64,000 nt of DNA, taken from contig JALDZX010000056.1 of assembly GCA_022813865.1 (NCBI GenBank), positions 62,001 to 126,000 of the forward strand. Direction: 5' to 3'. How positions within the stretch are numbered: position 1 is the first letter of the stretch; each line of letters opens with the position of its first letter. Source of the DNA: Xylographa opegraphella. Lineage: Eukaryota. The notes under the pieces are model-generated. The model saw nothing but the letters and a program-made list of their open reading frames with translations, did not search any database and was not told the origin of the DNA. Shown in pieces: positions 61,009 through 64,000 of this stretch. The position numbers and the translations under genes are program-made.

Positions 61009-62973
61009 CTAGATCAACGCTTGGCCTCTGAACATTCCCTCTCTTACTTCCCTCACCACATCCTTGCGGTCGCCCTTCCCTACCAGCACAATCCCTCTCC
61101 CTCTCCTGCCCATCCGTCCGGTCCTACCGAGCCGATGGATAAAATCGATCGTGGAATGTGGGACATCGTAGAGGATGACGTGCCGTACAGCAACGGTGTC
61201 TATACCTCGAGACCCAAGATCCGTGGTGACAAGAACTTTGGTATTGGAAAGCGGAAGACGTGGTGGCGGAGTGCCCAGCCGGTTTGCTGGAGTGAAGCTG
61301 GCGGATGGTTGGGAGGTGGCAAGCGGTGAGGGAGCAGGTGAAGGAGTGGTGGAAATGGTTGCCGGGGTGCGAGATGTGAAAGAGGCGAGAAGTTCCGATT
61401 GACGCTGCTCAGGGGTATCTCTGTTCAGAGAAACGGCGTCAATGCCTTTGCTCTGCAGATAATCCGCTACCTCTTGAGTCTTCTCACGCTCATTGACGAA
61501 GACCAGGATGCGCTTCACATCGATGTTGTCGACTTCCGCGTCTCCTGCATGAGTCAGAGAGTGTTCCGCAGCAGCTTTACCGATGGTATGAATAGTGTCA
61601 GCACAAGCGAGAAGCTTGTTGTTGCGGTAAGGGTCTCGCTCAACGTCCACAACACCCAATTGGACTCGGCGAGGAATGGCATGAAGATTAGGAGTGACAA
61701 GTCGACGGAGTTCGGGAAAGCGTTTGCGTAAGTAAGAGTCGAGAGAACGAGGAATAGTGGCGGAGCAAAGAATTAGCTGCTGGAGTGATGGAGTGGCTTT
61801 GTCGATAATGGCGGACGTAGTGGGCGCGAAGGAGCGATCCAGCAGAGAATCAGCTTCGTCGATAACAAGATGGGTCACTCGGGAAAGGATGTTTGGGTCT
61901 GATTCGGCGATGCTAGAGAGCAGGTGAGGAGTCGATATCAAAAGGTCAATACCTGCTGGGGTGAAGAGGCGGTTGCGGATTACACGGCCAGTAGAGGCGG
62001 ACGATATCTGTGAGGAGCGAAACTTGACCGTATGAGAGAGCGCCTTGGCTAAAGTGCCAACTTGGGTGACAAGTTCAGAGGTTGGAAGCAAAATGATCGC
62101 ACGAGGACGACCAGTAGTGGGATGAGGCTGGTTGGTCAAAGCAGGGGCCTCAGCGTAGTACATATCGGATTTGCTCTTGTCATCCTGCGTAGCTTTATCG
62201 AGAGCGTAGTTCTCGGCATCAGCCTCTTCTGCTCGCTTGATTGCATCAAGTACAGGTAGGAGGTATGCCAAAGTCTTGCCAGAACCGGTCTCGGCGGCAA
62301 TCAGAAACTGCTCCATGTCCCCAGTGTTCCGTGTAGGCGTTCTTCGCCGTCTCCCCATCTCTTGCCCCAAAAACGCAGGGATTGCTATACGTTGGATTGG
62401 CGTTGGTGAAATTTCTTCTAAGCCCGGAAGTGCTTGCGTCGCTATTGATTTTTTAACACTAGGCAGGAACTCAAACGTCTCGAACGTGTCGACTTCCGAA
62501 ATCCTCTCCTTGACTGAGGTTCGTTGCTTGTAGGAAATCGGACTAAGTGTCCGTTGCATTTTCAAAGCTTTGAATGTTTCCGCGCTCCCTCGCTCCTCCC
62601 TTTTTGGTCTCTCTCTGCCACCTGTTGACCTCTTCAATTCTGCCTGCGAGCGTTTGTCGGGTGTTCTAGTTATCTGGGCGGATCGCATGTTCATCCCACC
62701 AAAGGGGCTATTCATACTCTTCCTAACAGGCTTGCCACTAGGGAGTGTTCTTTCAACCTGGCGGGACACCTTCGGTGACAGCGCCATCCTCGAGGGAGGC
62801 CGGCGGTGCTGGAGTTGCGCCATACATCTTGATGGTGGTGATGCTCGTAACCTTTGTTTCTGCAGTATAGCCTGAGGCGTACTTCGATATTGGCATAATA
62901 GACATATGGACTGCAGAGCACGCGACATAATAATGACCATTCCCTCTGGAGCTCCACGACGGTTTCCATTCAA
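61009..62973 (-). CDS. MRH4: Mitochondrial DEAD-box RNA helicase Mrh4 (true start may be the Met at 62940 or 62928)
   Basis: PTPIQ; AETGSGKT; LPTSELV; DEAD; SAT; SRGIDT; HRLGRTGRMG; intronless, with a basic presequence-like N-terminus. Confidence 0.93.
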   Translation of the reverse strand: MNGNRRGAPEGMVIIMSRALQSICLLCQYRSTPQAILQKQRLRASPPSRCMAQLQHRRPPSRMALSPKVSRQVERTLPSGKPVRKSMNSPFGGMNMRSAQITRTPDKRSQAELKRSTGGRERPKREERGSAETFKALKMQRTLSPISYKQRTSVKERISEVDTFETFEFLPSVKKSIATQALPGLEEISPTPIQRIAIPAFLGQEMGRRRRTPTRNTGDMEQFLIAAETGSGKTLAYLLPVLDAIKRAEEADAENYALDKATQDDKSKSDMYYAEAPALTNQPHPTTGRPRAIILLPTSELVTQVGTLAKALSHTVKFRSSQISSASTGRVIRNRLFTPAGIDLLISTPHLLSSIAESDPNILSRVTHLVIDEADSLLDRSFAPTTSAIIDKATPSLQQLILCSATIPRSLDSYLRKRFPELRRLVTPNLHAIPRRVQLGVVDVERDPYRNNKLLACADTIHTIGKAAAEHSLTHAGDAEVDNIDVKRILVFVNEREKTQEVADYLQSKGIDAVSLNRDTPEQRQSELLASFTSRTPATISTTPSPAPSPLATSQPSASFTPANRLGTPPPRLPLSNTKVLVTTDLGSRGIDTVAVRHVILYDVPHSTIDFIHRLGRTGRMGRRGRGIVLVGKGDRKDVVREVREGMFRGQALI

Positions 62974-63381
62974 TTTGAAGAAACTTTAAATTTCATACGA
63001 GCTTATCTTTAGCGTCATAAAGACTTGGCGCACCTCATTGGTGCTCGCCAGGGTTGCCAGAGCAACGATTGTCCGCTAAAAATCGTGCCGGACTAGCGTT
63101 GTTTTGATGGTCTTCCTCTTTCGACCCCTCCTCGTGGTCTTTTCCCTCAACCACTCAGAGTTATATATCTCGTTCTTTTCATGCAAACTGTGCGCTCGTT
63201 CTACCAGTAGGAAGTGTACACGCTTCCTTCTGCACACTGGTCGCGATCACACATACTGTCCTGCTGGACGTGAGAGCAGCTTCACCAATTGTTGATCATT
63301 TGTAGACTCTCATTGCGTACCGTCCTCAGCTAGCTTCGACTTACTGCTCACTAAGCTTCGAAACTGGATGAACAGGCCACC

Positions 63382-64000
63382 ATGGCATCTGTACGTATCT
63401 CGTTTTTCTGAAAAGTTCTTACGGCATAAGGAAATATCAAGTCTAATAGGCAGCCTGAAGATCCAACCTCTGCGGATACAAAAGCACACCCCATCTTCTT
63501 CTCCAAGCAAAATGATAGGCGCACCTCTATCTCGGCCTCTAGCTGAGCTCAGCCCAATGGAGCGAAGGAGAAATTCCCCGAGTTACAACCAAACAAGCAG
63601 GGTAAGAGATTTTCTTAAGTTCACAAATCCGATTTATAACGACATCCACAGAAGGCTCTATTCAACGGAGACTCGTCACCTTTCGATCCATCCCCTGTTG
63701 CTTCCAACTCCCCTCGCCAATATTGGCAGAGTCGCGACCCTTCATCTCCAACACGTTACAGTATGGAAAATCGCAATCCGTTCGAAGGTCGCGAAAGCTC
63801 CCCATCTGCGGCAAAGCGCTCTTCGATTGAGAACCTCAAGCGTGCTTCTCGGGTAAAGAACAGTAACATGTTTGAGCGCGAACAGAAACAAGCATATGAC
63901 CCAACATCTACGCCCGTCATCGAACGACCTTTGGCGAGTGGCAGATCACTAAATGTGCACTCCAATAGCAATACGCCGGCTGTAAAAGCATCTGATATCT
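63382..64000 (+). CDS. BUD4: Anillin-related Bud4, 5' end only (runs off the window)
   Basis: MAS|IQPLRIQK...RPLAELSPMERRRNSPSY...|...KRSSIENLKRASRVKNSNMFEREQKQAYDP...IERPL resembles the Pezizomycotina Bud4 N-terminus. Confidence 0.8.

Noticed and set aside
10214..62875. Many 60-170-aa ORFs antisense to or overlapping real genes
   Set aside because: Shadow ORFs from codon bias of the true CDS on the other strand or frame.

Overview
Gene-dense, intron-containing nuclear DNA of a filamentous ascomycete (Pezizomycotina; GT-AG introns mostly 45-70 nt with CTRAY branch points). A lichen-forming class is only a guess. I can support about 27 protein-coding genes, nearly all housekeeping: RUS1/DUF647, MED18, KGD4/YMR31, AIM19-like, HLJ1, UFD2, RHO1, MRPL40, ECM25-like RhoGAP, a MAPEG GST, PFS2, DGAT1, TIM13, a VIP36/EMP47-type lectin, a sugar O-acetyltransferase, STE14, PEX8, TMEM170-like, POP3, a USP34-like deubiquitinase, TFA1, PUS1, a fasciclin protein, MRH4 and the 5' end of BUD4. 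Two more are accessory: a SprT-like metalloprotease and a 194-aa orphan. Between them lie decayed relics, clearly an alpha/beta-hydrolase pseudogene and an NRPS adenylation-domain fragment. I found no rRNA, tRNA, CRISPR array or intact transposon. The most interesting signals are RNA-level: (i) a ~430-nt minus-strand non-coding segment (1013-1446) with many nested helices and strand-biased G.U pairs that I cannot assign to a family; (ii) every intron over 110 nt that I could define folds back on itself, and one hides a possible poison exon; (iii) three GC-AG introns; (iv) a start codon created by splicing. All family calls and RNA folds are by eye and have not been computed.
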